This document shows positions 61,899-64,000 of a stretch of DNA of 64,000 nt, in pieces. This DNA is from Torpedo marmorata. Lineage: Eukaryota. The notes beneath the pieces were generated by a model, which did not search any database, had not been told where the DNA came from, and saw nothing but the letters and a program-made list of their open reading frames with translations. Position 1 is the stretch's first letter; every line of letters starts with the position of its first letter. A program made the position numbers and the translations under genes. The DNA lies in the NCBI GenBank assembly GCA_977017645.1, contig OZ360224.1, forward strand, positions 151,156,001-151,220,000, read 5' to 3'.

Positions 61899-62799
61899 TG
61901 CTCATATACTTAAACTGCTTTGTGCTAGAAAATGAATTAGATATTTCAGATATAGCCTATACATGGAAAAATAATTTAACTACTGGAGGAATACAAAATA
62001 CAAACTTGCTAGTCACAATAAATGAATACAAGAACTTAGTTTAGAATCTTTTGATTTAAAACAAGACAATAGATGTACACAAATGCAGAATAAATTTTAC
62101 TATTAAAAAATAGCTTGGTTAGGTTTCACCTGAGTCAGACATCTAAGGATTTTAATTTGACTTTTATTTTCAATCTGAAATCATGGCACTTTCTAATAAT
62201 GTAATTAAAATTCAGAAATGATCAAAAGTTAGAATATGGTTGCAGACATTTCAAATAAAACATGCATGGAACATGGAATGATCTGAAAACACAGGCAAGA
62301 ACGATAAATGCAAGTTTGCTAGCAAAGGACATCATGAGAATTGGGACATGGACAAAGTGAAGTGAAAATGCTAACTGCCCAATATAATAAAGCAAATTAC
62401 TCAATCCAAAATATAGGGTAAAAGCAATATTATAACTCCACTAACAGCAGACTGTCAAGGAAGTCAAATCAACATTTACGATGGCCAAAAGGACACAGAA
62501 AGGATAGCTTTCCAAAGCACTTGGGATAGAGTTAGTTATTGGGATCATCAATTTAAAACAAAGGATTTATATTTGGGATATATATTAGTGACAAAATCAG
62601 CCATCAGAATAGAATTAAGATGATTTAAAATTTTAGCATTCTCTTTTCCACTATATTTTAAAAGTATAGTTCAAAAGGAATTCAAAATCCCTTTCAACAC
62701 TAAAACATCAATATGGTAAAGCTTAAAAGGAAGTAGTTGAAATGATTTTCCCTGCAATTTCTGCCTTTGATTTATATATGAAACTCTAAAATGTATTAC

Positions 62800-62946
62800 C
62801 TGTTCACTAGTTGATCAAACAAAAGGCTTTGGTTGAGAGTTTCAAATTTGTTTCTCCTTGCACGACCACTTCTTCTAACTTCTGAATCACCATTCATGTG
62901 AGAGTGATTCCCATCCTCTTGGGATTCACGTCGACTTCCAGGATTT
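62800..62946 (-). CDS. ATAD2B: ATAD2B coding exon (most 5' exon in window)
   Basis: Flanked by ag/gt; reads NPGSRRESQEDGNHSHMNGDSEVRRSGRARRNKFETLNQSLLFDQLVN, and NQSLLFDQLVN is recognisable ATAD2B sequence; phase matches the next exon. Confidence 0.88.
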
Positions 62947-63384
62947 CTGATAACTTTTTGGATAACAATGCATTATCAACAAGTTTATCATTTTAATTTG
63001 TCTCTTGTAAAAGTAACTATACCTCCTATCCCCAGATATTTTGTGATATAACATATGGGCAGATTGGAATCTGCAGCATTGTTTTATTTAGCTATTTCAC
63101 ATTCAAGACCACTGCTCAAATCTGAATAAATTTAGAGGTCAATTATTGTCGTAAATTTTGATGGATTGGTGTTTAGTCTTTTACATTATTTCAATATTCA
63201 TACCAGATTATCTCAACAGTAGAAAGCAATTACTACTTTCTGCTTAAAATAAATTCAAGTGACTTTGATCCTACTTCTTGTAATTTTACATAAAATATAG
63301 AATCTAGAACGCAAATGTCATAAAATTTTCATGCAAAATTTTCATAACTGAAAAGCAAGGATTGGTGAAACGGCTGTCTGACAA

Positions 63385-63670
63385 CACTAGTGACCCAGGT
63401 TCAGTCCTGATCTCCAGTGCTCTCGGTGTGGAGTTTGCACATTCTCCCTGTGACTGCATGGGTTTCTTCAGACAGACGTGGTTTCCTCCCACATTCCAAA
63501 ACTGTGCAGATCGTTAGGTTAATTGGACGCGGTGTAGAGCCCATCGTGAGAAGATGTAATAGAATCTGGGGTATGTTAATGGAAATGTGGGAATCATAAG
63601 ATGGGTTGGGGTTGGAATAGTATAAAAAATAGGTGCTTGACATTAGGTGCAGACTTGGTGTGCTGTCCCT
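63385..63670 (+). mobile_element. Degenerate V-SINE
   Basis: tgtggagtttgcacattctccctgtg...ggtttcctcccacattccaaa. Confidence 0.6.
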
Positions 63671-64000
63671 CTGGTGACTTCTGGCGTTATTCTACACTAC
63701 CCAAATTAACACCCGTACCTGTCGCTAGTAAAAGCCACTAGATCCATCTTGAGAACTGTAGCGTTTTGGTGGAAATGATTTTCACTTTTCCATTATATAG
63801 TACGATACTGGTCTTCACATTTAAGGAAGGATACTCATATATGGGTACCTGTTCAGAGAAGATTACTAACTGAAAGCCTAGACTGGATAGCTTGTTTTAT
63901 GAAGGAAAGTTAGACAGGCTAGTAACTACAGGAGTTTCAAAAAGTGAAGGGAGACTTGACTGAAACGTTTAAGGACCTGAGGGATCATAAGAATGTTTCC

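Noticed and set aside
54511-62150. tgagtcaga...catct near 54512 and 62131 as the L1-B TSD
   Set aside because: The match is imperfect and not adjacent to a clear poly-A end, so it is probably chance.

Overview
This is vertebrate genomic DNA, probably from a cartilaginous fish (inferred from the V-SINE/HE1-like, CR1, Penelope and Rex1 repeat mix). The whole window lies inside one minus-strand gene, ATAD2B (AAA+ ATPase/bromodomain protein). Eleven GT-AG coding exons (62946 down to 1220) join in a single phase-consistent frame running from the N-terminal acidic region into the first AAA domain; both ends of the gene lie outside the window. The introns are mostly transposable elements. A 13-kb non-autonomous BEL/Pao LTR element (3003-16073) has a SAP domain on Gag and a collapsed pol, and hosts a four-level nest ending in an intact Passer-type pogo (DD35D) transposon. 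Also present are four non-autonomous Passer copies with a variable 27-bp GC-rich minisatellite, other pogo/Tigger MITEs, two L1 families, Penelope-like elements with hammerhead motifs, CR1, Rex1/Babar, V-SINEs and a solo LTR. The most notable observation is that the intact transposase ends in a helix-acidic-FxGF tail resembling the LEDGF/TND-binding motif. All calls were made by eye, with no database searches; boundaries without a TSD are approximate.
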